64,000 nt of DNA from Macrostomum lignano (taxonomy: Eukaryota). The position numbers and the translations under genes are program-made. Numbering within the stretch: position 1 is the stretch's first letter; each line of letters starts with the position of its first letter. The notes beneath the pieces are model-generated. The model saw only the letters and a list, made by a program, of their open reading frames with translations, did no database searches and was not told the DNA's origin. Positions 12,400 to 29,259 of this stretch are shown here, piece by piece. Location: positions 930,001-994,000 of the forward strand of contig NIVC01000037.1 in the NCBI GenBank assembly GCA_002269645.1, given 5' to 3'.

Positions 12400-13762
12400 C
12401 TACTGTTAATCTGAGCTTCTTCAGAGACAAGATTTAATGCTCTGCATTGACAGTTGTGTTTGGCTCTAGAAAGTTGATAGTCAGAAGGCCATGGCAATCA
12501 AAAAAGTAGCAGCATCAGCTTCTGGCAATGAACTTCTTGATAAGTCTTGATTGGAGGGTTGGAACCCCTTATCACCCAGACCTTTGACTCTTCTTTTGTT
12601 GGGGGGTCAAAGTGAGGCAGCCAGGTTTCATCAACTGTGACAATGAGCTGTCAAAAGGCCTCCTACCTGCCTCACTCTTTGAGAAACCTGAGATTGCTCT
12701 TGTACATGTTCTGTTGCTGTGCTTTTATCTCCAGGGTGAGAAGCCTTGGAACCCACCTGGCACTGAGCTTGATAAGATCTATGCTGCATATGCAATGATG
12801 AACTATGGACTTTGGCATATCTAGTCTATTAACAATTTCCCTGATGGTAAGGCAAGCATCGTCTTCAAACAGATCTAAAATTCGATTGCTCAAAGTTTGC
12901 TCAAAGTTTGCCCTAATGGTAAGGCAAGCATCGTCTTCAAACAGATCCAAAATTCAATTGCTCAAAGTTTGCTCAAAGTTTCGTCACCTGTGACAATGAG
13001 CTGTCAAAAGGCCTCCTACCTGCCTCGCTCTTTGACAAACCTGAGATTGCTCTTGCACATGTTCTGTTGCTGTGCTTTCATCTCCAGGGTGAGAAGCCTC
13101 AGAACCCACCTGGCACTGAGCTTGATGAGATCTATGCTGCAGATGCAATAATGAACTATGGACTTTGGCATATCTAGTCTGTTAACAATTTCCCTAATGA
13201 TAAGGCAAGCATCGTCTTCAAACAGATCCAAAATTCGATTGCTCAAAGTCTTGGATGTGGACATCCTTGGCTGACCACATTTTGGCCATGCCGTCACATT
13301 GGTTCAACCAGCCTCAAACTCTTCAATCTACCAGTAAATCGTGCTCTTGATCACTGTGTGCTATTTATGGATATACTGCAGTTTACTTAAAATCTCCAAT
13401 CCATTGTGTCCAAGGCTCCATAGAGTAAAAATGGCATGGTACTACCCCTTTTTTGAGTGGATGTCAAACATTTTGGCACAAACTTTGTTGCTTCAGAAGT
13501 GCAAGTTGACAAGATGTCTGGCTTAGCTGTGCCATCCATGTAAAGCTTAGTATCAGCTGGCTTTAATGATGCTGCATATGTTCATAGTTTTGGTGTTCAG
13601 CCCATAGACATGCGTTACTATATCTTATCTTATTAACATAATTCAAAATGTATTGCATAGATAGATAAAGCCACTTTAATGAAATGTCAACGTCATTTAT
13701 GTATCTGACTCTAGCTATGAACTATGTTGAAAAGTCCCACTACTTTTTGGACACCCCTTGTA
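12400..13762 (-). mobile_element. Degenerate mariner element with internal duplications; one TIR retained
   Basis: KLSARWVPRLLT (WVPHEL-like motif) occurs twice, with an HTH region LTIREIVNRLDMPKSIVH and a catalytic-region remnant FDPQTKEESKVW...FFDCHGLLTINFLEPNTTVNAE. A TIR-like TACAAGGGGTGTCCAAAAAGT ends at 13762. The block ~12635-12905 is duplicated at ~12988-13250. Confidence 0.8.
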
Positions 13763-14149
13763 AATCAGTTTTTTGGTCAAAAGGATCATAGTCCTAATGT
13801 AAATTTCCCATAAAGAAACCTAAAATATTTCTTTCATAAAAATAGAATAACTTTTTTATTCCTCAACCAAATTTAACAAATGAGGCCATTTTAGACTTCT
13901 GTCACTTAGATCTATCTAGCTAAAAAATAAAAATTATAGAAATATAAAATTTCAAGATCTCACTGGAGTCCCTAGATATAGCATTCTTGTTTTCATATAA
14001 AATATTATACAAATTACATGAATAATTGCAAACTAATTGGACTTAAGAATGAAAGGAAATATATTGAAATCTAGGCTGAAGTCTTAGATTGTAGATAAAA
14101 CAGGTGCCTAATAGTTCCTACTATTTAGTAGGCTTGCTTTAGCATGCCT

Positions 14150-14609
14150 AGCTCTACCACCCAGTAACAATGATAGTAAACAAGCATTCTTAGACTTGGT
14201 AAACATCCTGACAAATAAGCGCAATTGCCTGTCAGGTGATATGATCAGAGCAGCCTTGCAAGTAAAGTACAACCTCAAATCAGCAATAAAGCTTAAGCTA
14301 TAGCTTCAATTTTAGCAAATCACTTATTGTTGTTGCATGAACTGCATCCCAACATTATAGGCAAAGAGAATGCAAATGGCATGCTTTAGAAGCAGAGGAA
14401 AATATTCAGAAGAGGTGAGAATTAGAGGAGGCCTAACATCAATGCCTGCAAGCAGAGATTTGGAAGGCCAAAGAGCAGCAGCAGAAGAAAAAGAACTGAG
14501 TAAACAAGAGGCTACTGCCACTGCTATGCTGCAGGTGTATCAAGAAGCAACGAAAAACATTCAACAGCTGCGCAAGGGTCTTGCTGCCAGTGCTAAGAAG
14601 CAAAAGTAA
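14150..14609 (+). pseudogene. Degenerate hAT transposase C-terminal (dimerisation domain) fragment
   Basis: The translation PSNNDSKQAFLDLVNILTNKRNCLSGDMIRAALQVK resembles the hAT motif PxSNAxxERxFS...RNxL. In-frame stops are present. Confidence 0.55.
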
Positions 14610-15879
14610 CTTTGTGTAACTTTGTGAACATGTGAGACTGTCACACTAGATACCATCCCAAATAGCTACCCATCCTTTCCTGCCTAGAGTTAGGCAAGGC
14701 CATTTAATATTCAAGCAATTTAATTTATAAGTTTCATTTCATATTTTTATTTCTATTTTAAAGTTTTATATTTTTCTCATAATTGTAGGTTTCTTGTCTA
14801 TCCTTGTTGAAATTTTCAATCTTCTACAAAATCTTGTAATAAAATCTGCCATTGTACTTTTTTAAAATGCTTAATTAGGCTTCAATTCAATTAGGCTATT
14901 CAGTCAATATTGTAATCATATGTACTTAACTCTTTCTTTGGCTAGACTAAAATAGTCTGAAGTTCAAAAACCTTAAATGTATTCATATCCATCATTAAAA
15001 TATAATTTATATGAAATATAATCTACCAAAATTCTGAAAATGGGTTAGGTGCAAGTGCCATGTCACAAGTTCTTAACACATCTCAAATGAATTAGAACTT
15101 TTTTAGGAAAAAAATCTAGAAATATTCAGGCAAAGACTGCCAAGATAGATTGCTCAGCTAATAAAAAAGCCCCAAAACATCCAGTTTCAAAGCAAGAAAT
15201 TTGGAGGAAATTTTTTTCTTGCAGAGGAAACTTTACAGTTAATACCAAGTGGCAACACTATCCCCAAATCATTGCTCCTTAGTGACAAGAGAGACAAGCA
15301 AAATAGCTACATTACAGAAAAAAGGACAAAATATCACATAGACACCTCAACAAATAATGCATTGGAACCCCTGAACTTTAATTCTGTTAGCATAGCTACT
15401 GCAAATCAGATGACCATAGGGGCAAATCAGCTTTATAGAAGCAGCAGTAGCAAGACACTCTAGACAAATAGGCCAGCTATGACCAGTCTATAGAGCAGTG
15501 CCACTATTGCCATCTCCAATGCCTTGCAAGTTGCAGCTAGGTTCTGGTCGATTAGGGCCTGGCATATGGGCAACAGAGCCAGAACTGCTGCTGCTAGGGC
15601 CTGGCTGGTCACCTTCAGGCTGGTGGTCACCATCTAGCTAGTCACCATCCAACTGATCACCATCAAGCTAGTGATCAATTTCTGGCTAATTATCATCAGG
15701 CTAGTGGTCACCATCTGGCTGGTCACCATTAGGCTAGTGATCACCATCTAGCTAGTCACTAGCAGGTGGGTAGTCACTCTCCAGCTGGTCAATGTCCAGT
15801 TGGTTATTGGCAGCAAGATGGTCAGGTGGTCAGGCTAAAGTGCAGCAAGCAAAAAATGGATTGCCACTTGAGCCAGTCT

Positions 15880-16460
15880 ATGCAACACCTTGATAGGGAT
15901 GATTTGCTTACTCCTTAGCAGTTTGTACACCCAACATATTCCAATATTCTTCATGACAGATGGCACCTTTTGCATTCAACAGATCACCTAGCCAAGCAGC
16001 AGCCTTGACATGTTGGCAAAGTAGGTTGAGCACATGCTATGAGTGAGTGATAGGTATTGGTTGATAATGAAGTCGCAGAGGTTGGGATGTGCACTCTTAA
16101 CAAATGTCCTCTAGCAGTTGTGGTACAATTCCTGCTTGCTATTTGTCCTTTCATCGCAATTGTGCACAGAGATTATATCTATGCCTATCTTCTATAGCTA
16201 GAATATCTAGACATACTTGTGAGTACAGTTCAGCTGCTATAGCTTCTGTGCCAAATTGGAGGTGTTGAATATACATTATTTGGGTGCAAAATTGCGTGGA
16301 CTAGAGCAATCATTGCTGCTAGCAGCAGAGGAAGACATGTTAGAAGCCGAGAGTAGTTTGGGATTTCAGCATGGTGAGAAACATCTGACCAGAGACCCAG
16401 TTTCTTCAGCTTAGCCAATAGCCAGGATAGCCTTAGCAACTTGGAACTAGTAGCCATGGA
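15880..16460 (-). pseudogene. Degenerate MULE transposase C-terminal fragment
   Basis: Remnants KLKKLGL and SVHNCDERTNSKQELYHNC*RTFVKSAHPNLCDFI resemble the MULE motif RTNNxxEGWHN...HPNIWxFI. Confidence 0.5.
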
Positions 16461-19104
16461 TGCTAGCTTCCTGATGAAACTCTAAGGAGGTCTTGTAAAT
16501 AGCTAATTCCAAATCAGCCATTAGGCTGGCAGGCTAGAAGCATAATCAGATGTTGTTGAGCTTTGTCCACACCATATAATAGGTATCTTTCAATTTCCCT
16601 ATTAATTGTGCAAAAAATGGAAAGAAGTAGCTACATTTGGTGATGCCAATGGTAAAAAGTTGATAAAAAAGCCTTGGTGTCACATAAAAAGTTCCATTAG
16701 CAAAAACTTAGTTAGCACTTTCTAGTTTATGTAGCAGGATAAGATTGGCAAAAAAGATTGCTGCCTGTCCATTGGCTTGCATGCTGCCTTGGTACACCTT
16801 GCTAGGTACACTGTCAGCGTCATAGTATTGCAAAGTGTTGTCACCATTCAGCATCTGGATAGCAACTTTAATAGAATTAGGAATTCTGGGCTGAATGGTG
16901 CATCTAGCATGGTGTGTTCTGCTCAACCTGTGGGAAAGCCATAGTATCTCGTGCTGGATCCCTGCTTAATACAAGGTCAAACACAGTTCAAAGATGCTTG
17001 GATGGCTGATTCACAATAGCCTTACTGAACTCTTACTTCAATGTGAGGACTCAAAGCTGTTCTTCACTCTGAGGAGCATGGTTGTAGATACTATTAGTGC
17101 TCAGAATGTTGCCATTAAGCACTACATTGGCTTTGCAAGTCATAGTGCAACATTTGAAGTATTCTTTGCCATTGTACTTATGGTTGCCTATAAACAGATG
17201 CCACTTAAAAGGAGTAATCTAGAGCCTCATTGGCTTTCAACAAATTGGAAGGCCATTGTCAATGCAAATCAAGATGTCTATGGCTATACATATGGCAAGG
17301 TGATCTACAAAACAGTGGGGAGAGTGGGAGCAAATTAGGATTTAAACAAATTTAGACAAAATTGGAAATGACAGGACAAAATTTGATCTACAAGTAATAG
17401 TATCCTGCCTACTAGCATGACATTTTATTTTTTTAAGTTTTTCTGAAAAATTGAACTAATTACCAAAAATGTTAAAAGACAGAAAATACTGGAAAGCTTT
17501 TATTACTAAGCTATAGTACTTGATGACTGCTACAAGGTGAAAAAAGATTTCTTTTTAGAATTAGGCTACTTGTTTCATTTCTAATAAGTAAAGAGTACTT
17601 GATAATTTGCAAAAAACAATTACAATTGCCAATGGGGTATTTGAAAAAAATGGACATAAGATAATTTTTTTACCTTTATCATACCTGTGTTTGCAAAATG
17701 TATAAATTAAATATAAAAGGTCAAATAAGCTAAAAATAGGATTCTACCAATGTATAATTAATTAAAGAGAATTGAATTCTATATCAAATTGGCTCAAGAA
17801 TTGCAAATTGTTGCTAATAAAATAATTTATAACTAGGAATGAATGAAGTAATAGAAAAAGTTTTGTCTTTAGGGCACACTAAGACTATTCATTCATTTTA
17901 GGCATAATCACTTTTAGCCCAAAAACACTATTTTCAGATGCCATATTTTTTATTTGACATCCTGGCATCAAAAAAACCAATGCCATAGGACATTCTGGGT
18001 CTAAAAACTAGATATCAAAACCTTTTTAGGGTTTGAGGCATCTATTATTGGTATCAAATTTTGGACCCTAGATGCCATAAAGTATCTGACTTCTAAGAAA
18101 CTCAGCACTAGGACATACTTTAGTCAAGCCAGGTCTAATATATAAGTAATAATAAGAAACTATTAGTCTAAGTAAAAAACTATCCAATTCTCAAATTCAA
18201 GTTAATCTAACACTAATAGCCAATACCTAACCACAAACATAGCCAAAACACAACATAAACTTCAATTCATAAAATTATTATATAATATACAAAAACTAAA
18301 TGTGTCATAGAAATTAAATGGAGCTGCATAGTGAAACTTGGATTCTATTCCTAATATAGCTTATTTGGGCTTATGCACATTGAATTTAATCCAAGATACA
18401 TTTGCCAATGTAACAGAACTTTTGTCTATGGTAGCAAGGCTGGCGCAGTGGCATTTGATTTGGTCCAACAAGCATCAATTTGGTCCAAATGCTTGTGAGC
18501 CAATGGCAAACTCTTGCCTTCTTGCAACTGCCTAAAGGTTGTTGCGCACCGCTGGAGTATTTAGCATCTGTATTCCCGCCTGGCAAATTTTGGCCTTGTC
18601 CTCTGGCAATTCATCTGGCTGCAATTCTGGTTTTCATCTGGGAGTGTAATGTCATTTGAAAACTGGAGAAAAGCTGAAAGTTTTGTCTACAAACCAGACA
18701 AACACGTTTCATGTCTCCAGTTTCATCTGGAATTGAATCCAACATATATCCAAAAATATCTCCAGTTTGCTACCCGAGAAATACTGGAGGATAACTGGAA
18801 AAATATCCAGATTAAAACCAGACAATTGTCCTATTGCAGGCAGTACAGGAGGAATTCTGGATGAAAAGCAGGCCAAATGCGCAAAAGCCATTGTATTTTG
18901 TAACTCAGTCATAGAGTGCATACATAGAACATCTGTCATTTGTTGTCTGATTATATACTAAGGTAAAACGAATAATTTGACTTTACTTTGCTCGTTTATC
19001 AAAGAAATATATTAGACCCTGAAGAAAGCCTCGTTCTAGCTGAAATATTGGTCATTTTCTAGTTTAAGTGTGAAGTAGCTTCCACTTTGTGTGTGGTTTG
19101 TTTT

Positions 19105-19107
19105 ACG

Positions 19108-19177
<70 letters not shown>

Positions 19178-19250
19178 CATCTATTCATCCATCCGTCTAT
19201 CTATCAATGATCTATCTATCTATCAATGATCCATCTATCTATCTATCTAG
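19105..19250. repeat. (TATC)n microsatellite
   Basis: Directly visible. Confidence 0.95.
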
Positions 19251-19914
19251 AGGGATCATTGATGGCAAAAGTGTATAATGCATTCCATTTTGCTACTTGT
19301 ATACACACTGTATAAAAGCATTTATTATAAAAAGAAAGTCACATTATTATTCATCAAATGTGCATTAATAATTGCAACATTCAGAATATTAGCATGGGTG
19401 TATTAGGTAGAAAATCATTTTATTTCGTCGAAGCAAAATAACATTAAAATTATAGCAAAAGGGCTTGTTTAGTAAGACATTATAAACAGCTTTAAACTTA
19501 CTGATATGACATCATGAAGTTTGTGCATAATATATTCACTGGATATGCACTCCCAATTTTTTATTATATAGATGGAGAACTGCATAATATCATTTCAATG
19601 CTTTTGGTGTGATAGCTTAATGTCTTTACAAATTTTGTATCTTTTTTAAAATGGTCAAGTAACTGAAATATGAGACAATCCTATAAATAAAACTGCATAA
19701 CTCATATAGAAGTCGCTTGAGCTGCCAAAACTATTGAAGCAGACAAGTTTTTTAAAGAGAATTACTAGAAAGACGCTGGGTGCTACCTTGTCAAGGGTAC
19801 CCCCACAGCAAGGGTTTTGCTACTCCTTAAAAAGGGGGTCTACTATACCCCAGTATGCTCGCTTTTGGGCTACATAAAAGCTTCTAGTAAAACATAATAA
19901 AAATTTTGTCATGT

Positions 19915-20275
19915 GTCCTGTCAGATTTTAGAGAATGTGATATTTAGGGATTGTGATGTGTCTTGTAAGATGTTAGAGAATGTGATATTTAGGGATTGTG
20001 ATGTGTCTTATAAGATTTTAGAGAATGTGATATTTAGGGATTGTGATGTGTCTTGTAAGATGTTAGAGAATGTGATATTTAGGGATTGTGATGTGTCTTA
20101 TAAGATGTTAGAGAATGTGATATTTAGGGATTGTGATGTGTCTTGTAAGATTTTAGAGAATGTGATATTTAGGGATTGTGATGTGTCTTATAAGATTTTA
20201 GAGAATGTGATATTTAGGGATTGTGATGTGTCTTGTAAGATTTTAGAGAATGTGATATTTAGGGGTTATGATATT
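19915..20275. repeat. 45-bp tandem repeat (AGAGAATGTGATATTTAGGGATTGTGATGTGTCTTGTAAGATTTT), about 8 units
   Basis: 15-aa periodic ORF ENVIFRDCDVSCKML. Confidence 0.95.
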
Positions 20276-20495
20276 TAAGAGTCTATGATGTAGGTTGCTT
20301 TTAGAGAATTTGACTTTTAGGGTTTGTGATAGCGCGCAGATTCCATTGTCATAGTTTTTTTGTTTGAATACTTATGAGTCTGCAAATATAAGGAACAAAT
20401 ATTTAATGGAGAATATTACTAACAAATAACTTCAGCCACTGCTGGTGCGCTCTGTCCACAGCCCAGCTAGGCGCGCCCTGGTTGGCCCGGGCGTC

Positions 20496-20925
20496 ATGCC
20501 AGCTCGGTTACTCATAATGAGTGGCGTCGGTTTAACATTGCTGTATATTCTTTGGCCATTGTTGGCCAATTGGTTGCGCATTGGCGCCGGTGGCTGGCGC
20601 TGGCGCCGGCGGGTTCGTCGGGCGCCGCCTGGGCTAGTTAATTATGGCAATTCCTGCTATGCTAACTGCCTGCTGCAGGTGCGCTATGCAATATGTAGCT
20701 GGAATTCAGATTTGTATTTGCTGAGTTCAGTTACATAACAGCAACAACAAAAACACAACCAGTACCACTAAAAACAAAAACAACAAACAGCAGCAGCACC
20801 ACCTAACAACAACAAAATCATCATCACCACCACCACCACCAACATCAACAACAACAAAAACAACAACAGCAACAATAACAGCACCAGCAGCACAACAACA
20901 ACACCGGCCACACCACCACCACCAC

Positions 20926-20956
<31 letters not shown>

Positions 20957-21046
20957 AACAACACCACCACCACACCACCACCAACAACAACAACAACAAC
21001 AGCAACAACAACAACAACAACACCACCACCACACCACCACCACCAC

Positions 21047-21078
<32 letters not shown>

Positions 21079-21099
21079 ACACCACTACACCACCACCAC

Positions 21100-21130
<31 letters not shown>

Positions 21131-21164
21131 AACAACAACACCACCACACCACCACCACCACCAA

Positions 21165-21196
<32 letters not shown>

Positions 21197-22124
21197 ACAA
21201 TAACAACACCAACAGCACAATATCAACAACAACAATAACAAAACTACCATCACCTCCTCCTCCACAATCACCATCACCACCACCACCTCTACCACCACTA
21301 ACAACAACACCAGCACCACCACAATCACCACCACCACTAATAACAACAGCAACAATAACAAGACACACACATACATGCATGGATGTCTAGTCTGCGACAC
21401 CCGCGTCTGTTGTCCATTCAATAGGAATGAATATTGAATACGAGCTAGAGGTTTGCAAAAGTTTTGAAACCATATGTATTTATTGATAGAACTCTTATGC
21501 TATTGCTGTGTCTGGCGCAGGCCCTGTCCAGCTGCGACGCTTTCTGCGCCGACTTGGCCAGCCGGGTCGCCTGGGCAGCCGACGTCGAGGCCGACAATCC
21601 TTCGGCTACTGCGGGGTTGTCGCTCTCGGTTCAGCTGAATCGCTTACTGGCTGGATTGCGCGGCGAAGGCAGAGGTGAGGGTGATGGCGACGGTGAGGCT
21701 AGACAGGATTCGGGCGAAGTCGATGCTCTAGAATTGTTGAATGCGCTTCGCGACCGCGAATGGGACCGGACGGCCGGGCAGCAGGACGCACACGAGCTGC
21801 TGGCAACCCTGCTGCAGGCGGTCAACGAGGAGCTGCTGCAGGCTGAGCGACTGCGCAGACAGCCGAGCCTCACTACGGCATCGGGTGGGGGGCCGGACTG
21901 GTGAGCTATCCATCTGTCTGTCCATCTGTCTATCTATCTGTCTGTCCATCTGTCTATCTATCTGTCTATCTATCTGTCTGTCCATCTGTCTATCTATCTG
22001 TCTGTCCATCTGTCTGTCCATCTGTCTATCTATCTATCTGTCTATCTGTCTATCTATCTATCTATCTGTCTATCTGTCTATCTGTCTATCTATCTATCTA
22101 TCTGTCTATCTATCTATCTATCTG

Positions 22125-22155
<31 letters not shown>

Positions 22156-22244
22156 GTCTATCTATCTATCTATCCATCTGTCTATCTGTCTATCTGTCTA
22201 TCTATCTATCTATCTGTCTATCTGTCTATCTATCTATCTATCTG

Positions 22245-22275
<31 letters not shown>

Positions 22276-22549
22276 GTCTATCTATCTATCTATCCATCTG
22301 TCTATCTGTCTATCTGTCTATCTATCTATCTATCTATCTGTCTATCTATCTATCTGTCTATCTGTCTATCTATCTGTCTATCTGTCTATCTATCTATCTG
22401 TCTATCTATCTATCTATTTTTCTATCTTTTTTATTTACAATATACCCTGACGAAGACCCGGTTCGGGTCGAAAATTTGATTCTTTTCTTAGAATTAAAGA
22501 AATTGTGAATTTACTTCAACTGTGTGTGTGGTTTTATTTCGCATTATCC

Positions 22550-22598
<49 letters not shown>

Positions 22599-24609
22599 CC
22601 CATCTATCTATCTAACAAAATCAATGGATGATATCAATAGAAACATCTTTGCAGACAGACAGTTTGTAACAAAGTTTCAATTTGAATTGACACAATGAAG
22701 CACTTGCAGATGTATAGTTCGCAGCGAAGACAAAACAAGTTAAAGCAGGTGTTTCAGGTTATTAGCTTCTCATCTTAATATATGTCATTCAATGGAGGCA
22801 AATTGGCCTCTTCAAATTGGACTGTCAGTTAACAGGGCTCCAAAACTTTCCTCTTTAAACAATTTGAGACGCTGCCAATCATTGAAGTGTAAACCTATAT
22901 AAATATTTCTGAGAATTTTCTTGCTAGACACGAAACACGCGTCGCACCCGGCAGCAGATAATATTCACGGCTGTAAGAACCAAGAACCAGGGACTGTCAG
23001 AACCAGGGACTGTCAGAACCAGGGACTGTCAGAACCAGGGACTGTCAGATCCGAGGATGTCAGATCCGAGGATGTCAGATCCGAGGATGTCAGATCCGAG
23101 GATGTCAGATCCGAGGATGTCAGATCCGAGGATGTCAGATCCGAGGATGTCAGATCCGAGGATGTCAGATCCTGAACCTGCCAGATTTGGGACTGTCAGA
23201 TCCGTAAATTTGAGTTGAGGCAGTCAATTATCAATTCAATCGTCAATTCCCGCAGCGTTACACCGGAGGTTATTGAGGTCAACCATCAGCCAGGGCCAAG
23301 TTCGGCAATAGTGTCGCTTCGCTCTCCGCCAGAGCAGCGCTCGTGGGTCCGCTGCGGTCTAACCCAGACCCGGGTAAAATGTCTGGACTGCGGCGTCTGC
23401 TCCCCCGCTAGGCTGGAGGTTCAGCACTGCGTTAGCCTTTGTCTGCCAACTCGCGGCGACGTCCTGCTGTCCAATGGCAGCGGCCCGGTGCCTTTGCAGC
23501 AGCTGCTGTTGCGGGCATTTCGAGTCGAATTAATTCGTCGAGCCCGATGCGATCGCTGCTGCCAACCGGATGATGATCGAACGGTGACTCTGAGTAAAAC
23601 TACTCGATTAGCCAGGTTTGTGTTCGATTTGAATTTTTAACCAGTAGGTTTTCCTTCGATACAGGCCTTAGCAAAGGTTTCTTTTTATACTACTGAGAGT
23701 TCTGGCTTGGTAACAAGGCCTATTTAGTATTTTGCAAGTGTCCTTAGCAACGGCCTTTTTATTGTTTGGGAAGTGTCCTTAGCAACGGCCTTTTTATTGT
23801 TTGGGAAGTGTCCTTAGCAACGGCCTTTTTAGCTTTTGTAAGAGTCCTTAGCAACGGCCTTTTTATTGTTTGGGAAGTGTCCTTAGCAACGGCCTTTTTA
23901 GTGTTTTGGAAGAGTCCTTAGCAACGGAATAGTGTTATTAGCAACAGCCGCTTTTGATTGGGAAGAGTCCTTAGCAACGGACTCTTTAGTGTTTTGGAAG
24001 AGTCCTTAGCAACGACCTCTTCTTGATACTAGGGATAGAGCTTAGCAACGGTCACATCAGGCACTATACTAGGAATACGGCATAGCAACAACTCATCTTA
24101 ATCGTGAAGGTTTAGAAATAACTCAGTGTACATGTCATACAATGGACTTTCCGCTCTTCCGTCCGCCTAACAGAGCCCCGGCAACACTGGTGCTGCACCT
24201 CCAGCGCGCCGCCTGGAGCGCCGCTCACGGCTGCCCGGTGAAGTCCGGCGCCAGCGTAGCCTATCCGCTACTGCTGGACCTGCGCCAGCTTATGCCCGCC
24301 TCGCCGCTGCCTTCGCCGGTGGACACTGAAAGTCCATCGTCTGGCGACGTCGACGACTTTACGTCGATCGTCGAATCGCATCGACAGTCGATTCCGCTTG
24401 CTAACAAGCTCTACCGTCTCGTGGCCGTCATTGTTCACTACGGAGATGACACCAGCGAGGGGCACTACCTGGCCTACCGGTGGCACCGGCCAACCCGGCG
24501 CTGGTGGTGCATCTCCGACGATTCGGTGCTGCCAGTTAGCGAATCCGCCGTGCTGGCTCTGCACGACGTCTACATGCTATTCTATGAGCAGCTTGTTCCA
24601 TCTATCTGA
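20496..24609 (+). CDS. USP30: USP30-like ubiquitin-specific protease with N-terminal membrane anchor; exons 20496-20678, 21521-21900, 23256-23615, 24174-24609
   Basis: N-terminal hydrophobic segment followed by a basic stretch; Cys box [16 protein letters not shown]; QQDAHE; zinc-finger CxxC pairs; His box VIVHYGD...GHYLAY; SDD. All three GT-AG introns are phase-consistent (0, 2, 2). Confidence 0.85.
20737..21362. repeat. (CAA/CAC/CAG)n trinucleotide mosaic filling USP30 intron 1
   Basis: Directly visible. Confidence 0.95.
21905..22615. repeat. (TATC/TGTC)n microsatellite tracts in USP30 intron 2
   Basis: Directly visible (21905-22430 and 22545-22615). Confidence 0.95.
22980..23200. repeat. 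16-bp (CAGGGACTGTCAGAAC) and 15-bp (CCGAGGATGTCAGAT) tandem repeats in USP30 intron 2
   Basis: 5-aa periodic ORF SEDVR. Confidence 0.93.
23730..24095. repeat. ~35-bp minisatellite with CCTTAGCAACGG core in USP30 intron 3
   Basis: Directly visible. Confidence 0.9.
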
Positions 24610-24754
24610 ACCCGCGTCTGCTACTGATTGCCATGGCGACCGGCTGGACGGCCAATAAGTTTTTTATAGTGCTAATTAGTAATCATTATATTCTTCCCTT
24701 TATCTGTCTTCCCTCTCGTCTGTTTGTCCCGGCCCGGCCCCTTTACTCCTCTTG

Positions 24755-25385
24755 CTTCCTTCTCTCCGTCTATCCCCTCCCCTGCCTATCCCCTCCTGTC
24801 TATCCCCTCCCTTGCCTATCCCCTCCTGTCTATCCCCTCCCCTGCCTATCCCCTCCTGTCTATCCCCTCCCTTGCCTATCCCCTCCTGTCTATCCCCTCC
24901 CTTGCCTATCCCCTCCTGTCTATCCTCTCCCCTGTCTATCCCCCTGTCTATCCCCTCCCTTGCCTATCCCCTCCTGTCTATCCCCTCCCCTGCCTATCCC
25001 CTCCTGTCTATCCCCTCTCCTGTCTATCCCCTCCCCTGTCTATCCCCTCTCCTGTCTATCCCCTCCCCTGTCTATCCCTCCCCTGTCTATCCTCTCCCCT
25101 GTCTATCCCCTCCCCTGCCTATCGCCTCCTGTCTATCCTCTTCCCTGTCTATCCCGACTGTCTATCCCCTCCTGTCTATCCCCTCTCCTGTCTATCCCCT
25201 CTCCTGTCTATCCCCTCTCCTGTCTATCCCCTCCCCTGTCTATCCCCTCCCCTGTCTATCCCCTCCCCTGCCTATCGCCTCCTGTCTATCCTCTTCCCTG
25301 TCTATCCCCCCTGTCTATCCCCTCCTGTCTCCTGCCTATCCCTTCCTCTGTCTATCCCCTCCCTCCATCCCCTCCCCTTTTTCCC
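24755..25385. repeat. Pyrimidine-rich minisatellite (CTATCCCCTCCTGT-type units)
   Basis: Directly visible downstream of the USP30 stop. Confidence 0.93.
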
Positions 25386-25887
25386 GTCTGCATAATCCCT
25401 TAAAAACCTCTTGATCCAGACAAATAATCACCCTGATGTGGATGGTGGCTTACTTTCGTACTGCCAATTTTCATATTTTAGTAACTAAATTAGTACATTT
25501 GATTCATTTGCAAAACTGTATGTCACATACGCGCATTATGTACTGAATGTGTACGCCCAAGTCCTTCGTTTTGCCCATTCTGGATGCTCTATTTTTCTAT
25601 TTTGTTCGTTCGATATTACTTGATAAATTATAAGTAGTATTGCAAGAGATAGCAGAAAGAAATTGGATACAAAGCATTTCATATCGCTCCGCCACACGGA
25701 TCGTTAATTCAATAAGCAATTTATTAGCAATGCCGATGTCTTTGCGAGTAGAATGAAGTCATTTTTTTCATATTTACCTGTCCCAGTAATTAGTCCTGTA
25801 CAAAGTATTAATGTGTTGATTTCGGCCATTTAATGTTTACTATGTTGTTTAAACCCCTATTTTACCCGCACGGCTATCTCTCTTATC

Positions 25888-25938
25888 ATCTGTCTGTCTG
25901 TCTCTCTGTCTGTCTGTCTTTCTGTCTTTTTGTCTTTC

Positions 25939-25983
<45 letters not shown>

Positions 25984-26160
25984 GTCTGTCTGTCTCTGTG
26001 TCTGTCTTTCTCTGTCTGGCTGTCTGGCTGTCTGTCTGAGTGTCTGTCTGTCTGTCTGTCTCTGTGTCTGTCTTTCTCTATCTGGCTGTCTGGCTGTCTG
26101 TCTGAGTGTCTGTCTGTCTGTCTGTCTCTGTGTCTGTCTTTCTCTATCTGGCTGTCTGGC

Positions 26161-26209
<49 letters not shown>

Positions 26210-26210
26210 T

Positions 26211-26263
<53 letters not shown>

Positions 26264-26334
26264 GTGTCTGTCTGTCTGTCTTTCTGTCTGTCTGTCTGTC
26301 TCTGTGTCTGTCTTTCTCTATCTGGCTGTCTGGC

Positions 26335-26365
<31 letters not shown>

Positions 26366-26462
26366 GTGTCTGTCTTTCTCTGTCTGGCTGTCTGGCTGTC
26401 TGTCTGAGTGTCTGTCTCCGTGTCTGTCTTTCTCTATCTGGCTGTCTGGCTGTCTGTCTCTC
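25888..26462. repeat. (TCTG)n-derived microsatellite
   Basis: Directly visible. Confidence 0.95.
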
Positions 26463-26687
26463 TCTTGGCCTTCATATCTTTACCTGTCATTTACCGGTTT
26501 CTATCGGTTTTTACCTTCCCGTACTGTATTGATGTGTTGTGTAGGCTGTAAATTCAGACAAGAACGTTCAAAAAAAGAATTTTATATTTAACATACTGCA
26601 TACTCGCATTTACAGTAACTTCACCTTTTTATTTGCTGCGCAAGAAGCCACGAATATCAGAGAATTTCTGCACGAATATCGGCAGCC

Positions 26688-29200
<2,513 letters not shown>

Positions 29201-29259
29201 AGGGCGCGGATTCTGATTGCTCATAAAGAAGTGCGCATAAAAACGTCTAATTTAATGGT

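Noticed and set aside
16640-17338. 114-aa ORF and upstream coding-like DNA
   Set aside because: It looks like decayed TE coding sequence, but I could not assign a family or motif with confidence.
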